A DNA stretch of 64,000 bases from an uncultured Acidobacteriota bacterium (GTDB taxonomy: Bacteria; Acidobacteriota; UBA6911; RPQK01; JAPXNP01). Below are positions 19,489-29,629 of this stretch, piece by piece. The DNA is taken from positions 96,001 through 160,000 of the forward strand of contig CAVZRV010000006.1 of assembly GCA_963777605.1 (NCBI GenBank), in the 5' to 3' direction. Numbering within the stretch: the first letter of the stretch is position 1; the number at the start of each line of letters is the position of its first letter. The position numbers and the translations under genes were made by a program. Below the pieces are notes generated by a model. That model worked only from the letters and a program-made list of their open reading frames with translations. It did no database searches and was not told the DNA's origin.

Positions 19489-20873
19489 GTGGTGAACATT
19501 TCGGAAGAACAGGCCCACCGTCATCCACCAGGCTAGCCTGCGCATTCTGGATTCCACCGGCATTCAACTCGAGCACGACGAGGTCGTCTCGCGATTGATC
19601 AGTGCGGGAGCCCGGCCCGGAGACCGGGCCAACCTGGTCAGGATTCCGGGAGGCCTCGTCCACGAAGCCCTTGATCGAGCTCCCGGCGAGGTCCTCCTTG
19701 CCGACCTGGCCGGCGGCGTTGCAACCCTCACGGCCCGAAGCAAGGCGATGTACTGGACCAACCCCGGGCTCCTGATCCAGGACGGAGACAACCCGCGGGA
19801 GGTCACATCAGCCGACCTCGCCAGGGTCGCCCGGCTCTGTGATCGCCTTGAGAACGTTGGCGGGGTGATGGGCATGGCCATGGCCGACATTCCACCCCAT
19901 CACCGCGATTTTGTCGGAGTCCGGGTCATCGCCGAAAACTGCCGCAAGCATGTACGGGCACTTTGCTTCACTCCGCGAGGGATGGAGGCACTGGGAGCGA
20001 TGCATCCCGTATTCGAAGGGAACTGGCTCAGCATCGGCTTCACCGCCCACGGACCACTGAGGTGGACCCACCTGGCACTCGATATTTTCCTGCGCAGTTC
20101 CGGAAGAGGTATCCCGGCGACCATCAACGGGGAACCGATGGCCGGAGTGACCGGCCCGGTCACCCTGGCTGGTTCGATTGCCGTCGGCAATGCCGAGATC
20201 CTCGCTGGGATTGTCGTCAACCAGATTCTCGAGCCTGGCCGACCCGTGATCTACAACCTGGGCCTGGCTCACACCTTCGACATGCGCTACGCAACCGCCG
20301 TCACGGGTGGACCCGAGAACGCCCTTTTTGCCGCAGCCAGTGCCGCCATGGGACGGTACTACAACCTGCCATCCGCGTCCTGGGTCTCGACCGATTCTCT
20401 CTTCGACGATTCCCAGGCCGCCCTTGAAAAAATGTTCGGGTTCCAGACCCACTCGGCGTCCGGTGTTTCCTTGGTCTGGGGAATGGGACAACTGGAAAGC
20501 GAAAAGAAAATCAGCCTGGTTCAGCTCGTCCTGGACAACGAGATGATCAACTATTGCAACCGCTTCCAGCGCGGCATCGAATTCGATCCGGACTCGATTC
20601 AGGTTCCGCTTATCGAACATGTCGGCGCCCTGCGGCTCGTTTCTCGAAACCGACCACACGTTTACCCACTTCAGAGAGGCCTTCTGGGAACCTGGGCTGC
20701 TCAATCGCCAGGCGGCGACGCCGGACTCCCGGCCCGTGGAAGTACTCGCCGCCGCGAAAGCGGACGCACTCCTCCGCGAGGAACCGCTGTCCCGGCAAGA
20801 TCAGGATCGTGTCAGAGCCCTGCGGGAAATTGAGGCGTATTACCGTCGAAGTTCGGAGGACGTTTGGAACTGA
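19489..20873 (+). CDS. Trimethylamine methyltransferase (MttB) family protein, non-pyrrolysine, with two apparent frameshifts (~19515, ~20627)
   Basis: IHQASLRILDSTGI, MAGVTGPVTLAGS...NAEILAG, PGRPVIY, DSQAALEK, QLVLDNEM and GSFLETDHT motifs. Confidence 0.85.
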
Positions 20874-20946
20874 GCGAAGTTTACCAGACCGGAAATCTCT
20901 GGTATGAGATGAATATGGATCCAAATTCAAGGAGGTCTCTTTTACG

Positions 20947-22266
20947 ATGAGTATTTCAAGACGGGCTTTTTTGGGCTCTTCCGCCGCCGCAGTGATCACT
21001 GCCGGGGCCGCTTCCAGAAGTGAGATCTGGGGAGCCAACGACCGGATAGGCACGTGCGTGATCGGGTTCAACGGACGCGGTGGAGAACATATTCGCCAGA
21101 TTTTGAAAGAGCCTGGTGCCGAAATCGTCGCTCTTTGCGACGTTGACTCCCGGGTCCTCGAAGCCGGCATTGCCGAGGTCGCGAAAGCCCAGGGAAAGGC
21201 GCCAAAAGCCTATCGTGACGTTCGTGACGTAATGGCTGACCCATCCATTGACGCAATCACAACAGCCACTCCCAACCATTGGCACTCCCTGATCACGGTT
21301 TGGGGCTGCCAGGCAGGCAAAGACGTCTACGTCGAAAAGCCGATGGCGCACGAACCGTATGAAGGCCGACAGTGCGTTGCGGCAGCCAAGAAATATGGCC
21401 GCATCGTCCAGCACGGTACGCAGTCACGCTCCGATCACACTCTCATCCGCGACATGAAGTTGATGCACGAGGGTTTCATCGGAAAGATCGTGCAGTCTCG
21501 CGGCGTCGTCTATAAGAACGGAAACCGCCAGGCCATCGGCCACGGTGCAGTCGGCCCAGTTCCCTCATACCTGGACTGGACGCTCTGGCAGGGCCCGGCC
21601 ATGGAACAACCCTTTCTGATCAACAAGGACCACCCAGACAAGCCCGGTCTCTACGTTCACTACGACTGGCACTGGTTCTGGAACTACGGAAACGGAGAGA
21701 TCGGAAACCAGGGTGTCCATCAGATGGATATCGCCTGCTGGTCCCACAATCGCGGCAAGCCCGTCAAAGTGACGAGCACCGGAGGACGCTATGCCTGGGA
21801 CGACGACGGCCAGACTCCGAACACTCAGGCAACCCAGTTCACATACGCAGACGGCTCCATTCTGACGTTCGACGTCCGCAACCTGGGATCGTTCTGGGAA
21901 GGGGGCGAAGAGGCGGGAGCCAGCACCAACAGCGCTTTCGGTGAAACCGGCTACTGGGTCTACAATCGGGGGTTTTTCGACTACAAGAACAAGCCGATGG
22001 AAGTCACCGAACCCCTTCCCGAGGATATCGGCCCCTTTACCCGGTTCTTCCGCGCTGTACGTTCGCGGAAACTGTCCGATGTACCGGTCAGCGTCGAAGA
22101 GGCCCACCTGGCTTGTCTGCACTGCCAACTGGGAAATATCGCGTATCGAACGGGACACACACTCTTCTTTGAAGGCCAATCGGAGCGCTTTCTGAACTGC
22201 GAGGAAGCCAACCAGTTGCTCAAACGGGAGTATCGGCAAGGATTTGAGATTCCCGAGAGTGTTTGA
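20947..22266 (+). CDS. Tat-exported Gfo/Idh/MocA oxidoreductase
   Basis: SRRAFLG Tat motif; ANDRI..IGFNGRG, ATPNHWH, GKDVYVEKP and GNQGVHQMD motifs. Confidence 0.92.
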   Translation: MSISRRAFLGSSAAAVITAGAASRSEIWGANDRIGTCVIGFNGRGGEHIRQILKEPGAEIVALCDVDSRVLEAGIAEVAKAQGKAPKAYRDVRDVMADPSIDAITTATPNHWHSLITVWGCQAGKDVYVEKPMAHEPYEGRQCVAAAKKYGRIVQHGTQSRSDHTLIRDMKLMHEGFIGKIVQSRGVVYKNGNRQAIGHGAVGPVPSYLDWTLWQGPAMEQPFLINKDHPDKPGLYVHYDWHWFWNYGNGEIGNQGVHQMDIACWSHNRGKPVKVTSTGGRYAWDDDGQTPNTQATQFTYADGSILTFDVRNLGSFWEGGEEAGASTNSAFGETGYWVYNRGFFDYKNKPMEVTEPLPEDIGPFTRFFRAVRSRKLSDVPVSVEEAHLACLHCQLGNIAYRTGHTLFFEGQSERFLNCEEANQLLKREYRQGFEIPESV

Positions 22267-22312
22267 TCACAAGCCGCAGGCAACGACATCTCTTTGACCA
22301 GGGAGGTTTTCG

Positions 22313-23143
22313 ATGGAAAATTCTTTCAATCGGCGCAAGTTCCTCGTGACGTCCGCTTCAGTCGTGGCATTGACCGGAGTGGGACCGGTCGAGGCTCGAA
22401 ACGCCCCGGGCGAACTGAAGCTCGGGGTTGCCACCTACTCACTTCGCAAGTTCCCAAGAGACAAGGCGATCGAGATACTGAAACAGCTCGACGTCTCCTA
22501 TGTCAGCATCAAGTCCTTTCACCTGCCCTACGAAGGCTCCGCCCAGGAGACCGCGGCCGGGAGCCAGGAGTTTCGGGATGCCGGGTTCACGGTTCTGAGT
22601 GGTGGCAACATCAGTCTCCAGAATCCGGCCGAGCTGCGTGCCATGTTCGAGTATGCCAAGGCGGCCGGAATGCCGATGATGGTCTGTGCCCCGACGCCCC
22701 AAACCCTGGACGCGGTCGAAAAGCTGGTCCAGGAGTTCAACATCAAGATTGCGATTCACAATCACGGTCCGGAAGACAACGAGTTCCCTTCCCCCGAAAG
22801 TGCCCTGGTTGCTCTGAAGGGAAGGGACCGGCGGATGGGTCTCTGTATCGACGTCGGCCACACGGCCCGGACGGGAGCCGATGTCGTGGAGTGGATTCGA
22901 AGGGCGGGGCCCCGTCTCTTCGACGTCCACATCAAGGACCTAGCCGACCTGATGGCCGCCGACAGCCAGGTCGCGGTCGGTCAGGGAGCCATGCCGGTTA
23001 CCGCGATTTTCCGACAACTCCTGGACATGAACTACCAGGGCGGCGTCATGCTCGAGTACGAGATCCATCCCGACGATCCCCTGCCGGGCATGATCGAGTC
23101 CATCGCATACATGCGGGGAGTTCTGGACGGCTTGGCTGTCTAG
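22313..23143 (+). CDS. Tat-exported sugar phosphate isomerase/epimerase (AP-endonuclease-2 TIM barrel)
   Basis: NRRKFL; AIHNHG, CIDVGH, HIKD and LEYE metal ligands. Confidence 0.9.
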   Translation: MENSFNRRKFLVTSASVVALTGVGPVEARNAPGELKLGVATYSLRKFPRDKAIEILKQLDVSYVSIKSFHLPYEGSAQETAAGSQEFRDAGFTVLSGGNISLQNPAELRAMFEYAKAAGMPMMVCAPTPQTLDAVEKLVQEFNIKIAIHNHGPEDNEFPSPESALVALKGRDRRMGLCIDVGHTARTGADVVEWIRRAGPRLFDVHIKDLADLMAADSQVAVGQGAMPVTAIFRQLLDMNYQGGVMLEYEIHPDDPLPGMIESIAYMRGVLDGLAV

Positions 23144-23177
23144 ACCGAATCCCTCCAGTCGAGACCTTTTCGATGCC

Positions 23178-23210
23178 CTGTCCGGGCGAGAAAGTCCTCC
23201 GCCCGGACAG
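23178..23210. terminator. GC-rich hairpin between convergent genes
   Basis: Perfect 11-bp stem CTGTCCGGGCG/CGCCCGGACAG; no clear T tract. Confidence 0.45.
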
Positions 23211-23261
23211 CCTTCTCCGAACGGATCGAAAGATTTCCCAGGTGGCCGGCTGCCGCTGACT

Positions 23262-23489
23262 TTATTGAACGTGCCAGTGATCGGGGGCACCGATGATGAC
23301 CGCGTCAATATCCGTGCGTTCCAGGTGCCTTCGATCGTCCACCACCTCATCCGCGCCTGGAGCCAGTTCCGTTTTGGCGCGACTCCGGTTCAGTCCGTAA
23401 CCATCACACACCGCAGCGAACTCGGTTCCACCTGCGTTATTCGCCAGCCGCATGAGGTACCGGCATCGCCCGCCGGTACCGACCGCCCC
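23262..23489 (-). pseudogene. N-terminal remnant of a Gfo/Idh/MocA oxidoreductase
   Basis: GAVGTGGRCRYLM...AAVCD...DIDAVIIGAPDHWHVQ then stop; no EKP motif, no C-terminal domain. Confidence 0.7.
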
Positions 23490-25047
23490 CGGAAGAAGAC
23501 GAAGGAAAGAGTCTCACCACCATTACGCCGTGAGGCCCAATGCTGGCGTAAAATTCATCCCTGAATCCTTCGAGGTCAACCTGGCGCCATAGGTCTCGAA
23601 CTCTCCCGACTCGCGACAGGCCCAGCTCCGCCCAGCCAACCTTCATTTCCCGGTCCTTCCCGGACAGGTTGAATAGGCCAACCGCGACAGAACCATCCTC
23701 GAGCGGTTTCGCCAGCACGAACTCCTGTGCCGTCTGGCGAAGAACGCGGGCCTGGCGGCCCAGGGAATCCTGGTCGACATCGATGATCTCGGCGTTGCAA
23801 AGCACGTTCAGCGTAAAGTCGTCGAGGCGGCTCATGTCACCCGAGAAGATCAGGGGAGCGGCCATGAGTGCCCACATCGACATATAGCTATATTGCTCGT
23901 TTCCACTCAGAGTGGTCGGACGCCCCTCCCCCATCCGGTGGGCGTCGCCGACCCAGCCGATGAGGATGTAGTCAGGGTCATTCCACGCCCCCGGGCCGGC
24001 ATTGGCGAAATGGGCCGCGTTCTTCAGGCCGATCGAATAGAATCCGGGCAGGCTGGTTGCCGCCTCCAACCCCAGGTCCCCGGTTGTTCTCCAGCACTGT
24101 CCGCCGACACTCTCTCCCCAGTTCCAGACGTCGCCCATCCCGTACTGGCAGAGGTTGAGCAGCACGTCCCGATCGAGTCCCCCCAGGACCCCTCCCATTA
24201 GTCGATAGGGTTTCTCAAGCCGCGGGAGCCCTTCGCCCGTGGCAACCCGTTCATAGGAGCACCAGTCATACTTGAGAAAGTCAAAACCCCACTCGGCGAA
24301 CTGCTCGGCATCGAGCCGCTCATGTTCGTAGCTGCCCGTGTATCCGGCGCAGGTCGTCGGCCCCGGAGAGGTGTACAGGCCGGCCCTCAAACCCTTGGCG
24401 TGAATGTAGTCGGTCATCGCCTTCATGTCTGGAAAGTAGCCGTTCGGAAGGATCGCCCCGTTCCCATCTCTCGCCTCGCCTGCCCGCAGCGGGTCGCTGT
24501 GACCAGGCTTGTTCATCCAGCAGTCGTCTATGTTCACGTACATATACCCGAAATCGGCCATCCCACTGGCCACCATCATGTCGGCGGCCTCCCGCATGAC
24601 GGCATCGGTGACCCGGTCGTAGTGGATGTACCAGCTGTTCCAGCCCATCGGGGGAGTCAGCGCCAGCTTCGATCCGACCACGATCACGAAAGGTCGTTCC
24701 GAGGCACCGGACCCGTTCTCCGCCTTTAAGGTGACGCGGTACCGTCCAGGCTTCCCCGGAACTCTACCGGAAATGATTCCCGATGAAGAATCGAGGACGA
24801 GTCCCTCGGGGAGATCCACGGCGCTGAATCGGATCGGCCGAGTCCCCGTGCAGGGAATCCGATAGGTGAAAGGGTGCCCGGGCCTGGCTCCAAATACCCG
24901 GGGACCATTGATCTGCGGAGCCGGTCCCGGAGCAGGAGTCAGGATGATTGAGGCATCCCCCTGGCTCGCTCCCTCCGCCGGGGCCGTTCCCGAAATCATG
25001 ACTCCGATTATCACCGCGAATGCCAAACCCAGCCGTGTCTTCACCAC
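23437..25047 (-). CDS. GH27 alpha-galactosidase with an N-terminal putative Ig domain
   Basis: LALTPPMGWNSW, VNIDDCW, FLKYDWC, WRTTGD and WNDPD motifs; LPEGLVLDSSSGIISG Ig motif; signal peptide. Confidence 0.92.
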   Translation of the reverse strand: MVKTRLGLAFAVIIGVMISGTAPAEGASQGDASIILTPAPGPAPQINGPRVFGARPGHPFTYRIPCTGTRPIRFSAVDLPEGLVLDSSSGIISGRVPGKPGRYRVTLKAENGSGASERPFVIVVGSKLALTPPMGWNSWYIHYDRVTDAVMREAADMMVASGMADFGYMYVNIDDCWMNKPGHSDPLRAGEARDGNGAILPNGYFPDMKAMTDYIHAKGLRAGLYTSPGPTTCAGYTGSYEHERLDAEQFAEWGFDFLKYDWCSYERVATGEGLPRLEKPYRLMGGVLGGLDRDVLLNLCQYGMGDVWNWGESVGGQCWRTTGDLGLEAATSLPGFYSIGLKNAAHFANAGPGAWNDPDYILIGWVGDAHRMGEGRPTTLSGNEQYSYMSMWALMAAPLIFSGDMSRLDDFTLNVLCNAEIIDVDQDSLGRQARVLRQTAQEFVLAKPLEDGSVAVGLFNLSGKDREMKVGWAELGLSRVGRVRDLWRQVDLEGFRDEFYASIGPHGVMVVRLFPSSSSGGGRYRRAMPVPHAAGE

Positions 25048-25171
25048 GTACCTCCTGCCACGTTGATCGAAAGCCCGCTTCCTGGAACTCTAAAGGACCG
25101 CTGCCCTGGAAACAACACTTTGCACGCACCCGTTGACAGGCTTCGGCCCGTGTTGAGAGACTGCCGATTGT

Positions 25172-25948
25172 ATGGTCGATGATCTCTACCTTCCGGTAAA
25201 TGATGAAACCGAGATTGATCGAGTCCTGGTCGGATTTCCGGCGGTCGTCGATCGAAGACAGTTCGTTGAATTCGTTCAAGGCTTCCCGAGGCGTTACCTC
25301 ATCCAGACACCGAAGGTGGAAATCGTCAAGCACTACCTTCTGGCCCAAAGCCTGTCGAGCCATCGAATCATCACGGCGCTTTCCGAAGAGAAGGGTCGCT
25401 GGAAGCTTTCCGTACTCACCCGTGACCGGTCGTTTCTTTTCGCCCAGATTTCAGGGACTCTGAGCTGTTTCGGGATGAACATCGTGACCGCCGAAGCTTT
25501 TGCGAACGCTCACGAAATCGTTCTCGACACCTTCTACCTCGAGGACCCGGCCAACAAGTTCCAAGACACCGGGGAACGCCAGATTTTTCAGGACCTCCTG
25601 GAAGACATCGTTTCCGGAACGATTGCTCTCGAACCGATGCTCCAAAACCTCTGGCCAGATATTGACTCGTGGCAGGAGGAACGGATCGATGTCAGCTTTG
25701 ACAATGAGACTCTCAGCTCCTCAACCCTGATGGGGCTCCGCTGCCGGGACCGGTTCGGTCTCCTCTACCTGACCAGCCACTTCCTCTCGGAGCGCGGTTA
25801 CTCGATCGAGATGGCCTATATCCGTACCAAGGGCGCAGAGGCCGACGACGAGTTCTATCTCAGGATCAACAACCGGAAACTCGAACCGCACCACCTCGAG
25901 GAGTTGCACGAAGCCTTTCAGCACTTCTCCGTTCCCCGCTTCGCGTGA
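25172..25948 (+). CDS. Stand-alone tandem ACT protein resembling the GlnD C-terminus
   Basis: TRDRSFLFAQISGTL...GMNIVTAEAF...VLDTF (ACT1) and FDNE...RDRFGLLY...IEMAYIRTKG..ADDEFY (ACT2); no nucleotidyltransferase or HD domain. Confidence 0.8.
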   Translation: MVDDLYLPVNDETEIDRVLVGFPAVVDRRQFVEFVQGFPRRYLIQTPKVEIVKHYLLAQSLSSHRIITALSEEKGRWKLSVLTRDRSFLFAQISGTLSCFGMNIVTAEAFANAHEIVLDTFYLEDPANKFQDTGERQIFQDLLEDIVSGTIALEPMLQNLWPDIDSWQEERIDVSFDNETLSSSTLMGLRCRDRFGLLYLTSHFLSERGYSIEMAYIRTKGAEADDEFYLRINNRKLEPHHLEELHEAFQHFSVPRFA

Positions 25949-26138
25949 CCCGCAACTTCAAGCGAATGATCTTCGGGCCTCCTTGGCGGTGCTGTCAGAC
26001 GATGATCGATTTGAGGTCACGAAAACCAGATCCGCAGTCAGTTCCCTGCGCCTGGTCCAGATTCCGGGCACACAGTACCTGCTAAACCCGTCGAAAACAT
26101 GGCAACTGTGACCTCACCATGTGTTATTTTTGCTGGCC

Positions 26139-27483
26139 ATGAAGCTGTCTCGGCCCTCGATTGTCCCGTCACCTCGATCACTCGTCACATCCGTGTCACT
26201 GCTGGTTGTTGGCGCACTCCTTTTCGGTTCCTGCAGCCAGCGCCCGGACAGCGCCAATGCGTTTCACATGGAGCAGGCGACGCTCTTTCGCGGAACCCGC
26301 CCCTATCCCCTACGAGCCGTCCAATGGGACCGACTGGGAGATCCTGGATTGGGGATCATCGAGAAAGCAAAGGTTCTGAACCAGGTTTGTCGAGTCGGCG
26401 GCAACTCCGTGGTAGTTGAGCTTCCCCGAGTCGAGTGCGTGACCGGTTCTCCGGTCTCGGTCTGGCTCAGCGCAGCAGCCGGACTCGTGGAGGAAACCCG
26501 AAAACGGAGTATGGGGCTGATCCTTCGGGTGGACAGCGATTGCGGAACTCCGCCCTCTGTACTGACTGAGTACCTGGCGAAGGCATTTGGAGCAAATCGC
26601 TCGATTCTGCTCTGGATCGATGGAACCCGCGCTGCCGAGGTCGTCCAAGGCCTTCGATCGTCGCACTCAACGAACGTTCTTGCTCTCTTCCTCCGCCGGT
26701 GCCGATCTCTCGATGCAATCGCAACCGGGAGCTCGTTCGGGTTCCGTCCTTCTGGATCCCGCCGCTCTTGCCGGCGAGAACGAGCACTACATTCTCCTGG
26801 GAGGCGGATCAGCACTGACCCGCCTCGACGAAGTCTATGGACCCACTCAACAGGTTTACGCCGGTCCGCCCGACGGCGAGGGTTTCCGCCCCCTGTTCGA
26901 CGGCACCAGCCTCGACAGTTGGAAGGCATCGGGTGACCCTTCGGGCTGGGGAGTCGTGGATGGAACCATCGCCTGGAAACACCGCGGAGGAGGACGACTC
27001 GAGACGCTGGCCCGCTTTTCGGACTTCGTCCTCCGGCTGGAGTGGAAAATCGAGGATGGTGGCAACAGCGGCCTCTTCATCCGCTGTCCCGCCGCCGGCA
27101 GAGAATCCCGGATCGGCATGGAACTGCAGCTATTCGGTGACTATGGCCAGGCGGCAAACCGTAACGGGACTGCGGCAATCTACGACGTCGTTGCCCCATC
27201 CGAGAATGCCTCCCTGCCCGCCGGAGAATGGAACCGGATGGAAGTCGAATGCCGGGGGTCAAACCTGCGTGTAGAACTCAACGGGAAGACCGTCCAGGAC
27301 CTCGACCTGGACACAGTTCCAGAACTGAGCGTGCGCCTTCGCGACGGCTTTATCGCGTTGCAGGACCATGGAGACCCGATCGAGTTTCGCAGTATCCGGA
27401 TCAAGCCTCTCGAAGCAAGTCTCAACAGCTCGGATTCCTCGGATCAACAGCCGGTACCGGCAACAGGCCCAGTTCAACCTTAG
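26139..27483 (+). CDS. Lipoprotein with a C-terminal DUF1080 (3-keto-disaccharide hydrolase) domain; apparent +1 frameshift ~26670-26690
   Basis: Lipobox LFGSC; GFRPLFDG, FSDFVLRLEWK, GNSGLF, GEWNRMEV and IALQDHG...FRSIRIK motifs. Confidence 0.8.
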
Positions 27484-27487
27484 TGCG

Positions 27488-28954
27488 TTACTCGTAATAC
27501 CACTTTGACATCCAGGGATCGCAAGTCCGGCGCTGAAACTCCTTCAGTTTTCCCTTGAGTTCCTCCAGCACGCTCGCGAAGTCCGGGTCTCCGGCAAGGT
27601 TCTTCGATTCCCAGGGGTCCTTGACGATGTCGTAGAGTTCGAACTCGGGCCGATGAATGTATTCCCCGACGGTTCGGGCTCCGTAGGGAGTCTCTGGTCC
27701 TTTTCGATAGGCGGCCTGCCAGGTTGCAGCAGCCCAAAGATCGGACGCAAATGGAAACGGCAGCGGATGGGCAATGTTCCAGATCAGCTTGTACTGACGG
27801 GTTCGGACGGCCCTCATCGGGTAGTACATCTGGAGCTCGTGAAAGGTGTGTGAAGCATAGGCCTCATCCCAGCCTTCCGGGTGCTCCTGCTCGAGAATCC
27901 CGAGGAAGGAGCGTCCGTGCAACCGGTGACGAGCGGGGAATTGGTCCCGCACGGCCGGAATGGTCACCTGATTCTCATATTCGGGTTGCTCGACCCCTGC
28001 AAAGTCCAGGATCGTCGGCGTGAGATCCGCCCAGTTCACCAGGGCGTCGTTTACAACTCCCCGCTTCACAAGATAGGGATTTCTGACGATGCAGGGCGAC
28101 TTCAACCCCGGTTCGTAAACCGTCGTTTTGGCACCAGGAAAAGCGATTCCATGATCCGAAATGTAGATGAACAGCGTGTCGTCAAACACGCCGATATCCT
28201 CGAGTACCTCGACCAGCATCCCGACTCCCTGGTCGAGACGGGACACGGACTGGTAATACTGGGCCAACTCAGCCCGGGCTTCCGGTGAGTCGGGAAGGAA
28301 CGGCGGCACGATCACCTCCGACGGGTCATAAGTGATCGTCCGGATATCCGGGTATCCGTCCGGCCGGTTGCCGAACCGGTCCGGACGAAGGGGAGACGAC
28401 TCGACCACCCCCCCTCCGCGGTGCGGATCCGAGACACAAAAGTAAAGGAAAAAGGGCTCTTCGGTCGACTTCTCGATGAAGCCGCGACACTTGGCGATCA
28501 TCTCGGACGGGCTTCGCTCCGAACCGGGGTAAAACTCGTCGAACTGATAGACCGACTCGGGAGCGACGTGGTACTTGCCGACTGACGCGGTCCGATAGCC
28601 TTTCTCCCCCAGTAGAACCGGCAGGCTCTTGAGGTTTTCAAATGACCAGAAGTGGTTGTAGTCGTGCTGGTGTCCATACTGGCCGGTCCTGTGGTTGTAG
28701 AGCCCGGTCAGGATCACCGATCGACTGGCACTGCAGCTCGCAGTCGTCGCAAATGCGTTGGTGAACCGGGTGCCTCCCTCGGCCAGGGAATCCAGGTGCG
28801 GCGTCTGCACGACCGGGTTTCCATAGCAGCCGGCATCCTGCCCGTGGTCGTCGGCCACGAACAGAACGATATTCCGCTTAGCCGCGTAGCCATTCCGGGC
28901 ACCAGCCAGCATCAACAGAACAAACCCGAAGACAATAACCCTACCGAGTTTCAT
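27488..28954 (-). CDS. Exported Cys-type sulfatase (N-sulfoglucosamine sulfohydrolase-like)
   Basis: ADDHG, CSASRSVILTG (formylglycine motif), GKYHV, DPHR, SDHG and HTFHELQMYYPMR motifs. Confidence 0.9.
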   Translation of the reverse strand: MKLGRVIVFGFVLLMLAGARNGYAAKRNIVLFVADDHGQDAGCYGNPVVQTPHLDSLAEGGTRFTNAFATTASCSASRSVILTGLYNHRTGQYGHQHDYNHFWSFENLKSLPVLLGEKGYRTASVGKYHVAPESVYQFDEFYPGSERSPSEMIAKCRGFIEKSTEEPFFLYFCVSDPHRGGGVVESSPLRPDRFGNRPDGYPDIRTITYDPSEVIVPPFLPDSPEARAELAQYYQSVSRLDQGVGMLVEVLEDIGVFDDTLFIYISDHGIAFPGAKTTVYEPGLKSPCIVRNPYLVKRGVVNDALVNWADLTPTILDFAGVEQPEYENQVTIPAVRDQFPARHRLHGRSFLGILEQEHPEGWDEAYASHTFHELQMYYPMRAVRTRQYKLIWNIAHPLPFPFASDLWAAATWQAAYRKGPETPYGARTVGEYIHRPEFELYDIVKDPWESKNLAGDPDFASVLEELKGKLKEFQRRTCDPWMSKWYYE

Positions 28955-29086
28955 CACAACCTCCGGTCGGGAATTCTAGCACCGCCTCCCAAGCTTCGAC
29001 ACCCCAGGCCGGCGTGCACGGCCAGGCTGCCCACCGCCGTGCTTCTTGAACTCGAATGATGGGCTCCGGTATCTTTGTGTGCAAGC

Positions 29087-29629
29087 ATGAAACTCCGGGT
29101 CACCCTTTTCTTGCTGTTCTTTATCGGTGTTGCGTTTGCCAATGACGCCGAGCTGAACACACTCAGCTTCGACGCCGATGCGCTCAAGCAGGAGTTCAAC
29201 GCGACCAACGACCGCTCCAGGATGATCGTGATCCTGTCTCCGACCTGACCGCATTGTCTTCAGAGGGCCTCTGAACTTGAACAAATTCTTGAGCAACTCC
29301 CAAACCGGCCGATCCGGGTCCTTCTCTTGTGGTCTCCGTTCATGCCGTACGACACTCGCGGCGCCGCTCAGCGAGCGACCACGTACGTCCCCGACGAGCG
29401 GGTGACTCAGTACTGGGATCTCTGGAAATACGGGTCGCGCACACTGGCACAGAAACTGGGGATTCCAGAACTTGAGGCGTGGGATCTGTTCGCCTTTTAC
29501 AGACCCAATCTAAGCTGGAAGGACAAGACGCCCGAGCCCACCTTCTGGATGCAGGCCCGGGGACTCAAACACGGCGAAGAGTATTCCAAGGCGGCATTGA
29601 CGAGCAAGCTGGAAACCTGGTTGCCCTGA
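29087..29629 (+). CDS. Exported thioredoxin-fold selenoprotein (UxxC), 180 aa with UGA read-through
   Basis: Signal peptide (…GVAFA/ND), ...RMIVILSPT-TGA(29246-29248)-PHC..., continuing in frame into track ORF 29327..29629; SECIS-like hairpin just downstream of the UGA. Confidence 0.85.
29254..29284 (+). promoter_or_regulatory. Candidate bacterial SECIS element
   Basis: TTCAGAG-GGC-CTCTGAA 17-nt hairpin at 29259-29275, starting after a 10-nt spacer from the UGA; G-led apical loop; lower stem TTGT/ACAA. Confidence 0.75.

Noticed and set aside
19489-20873. Pyrrolysine read-through in the MttB homologue
   Set aside because: No in-frame TAG at the Pyl position; the TAG near 19534 is out of frame once the N-terminal indel is corrected.
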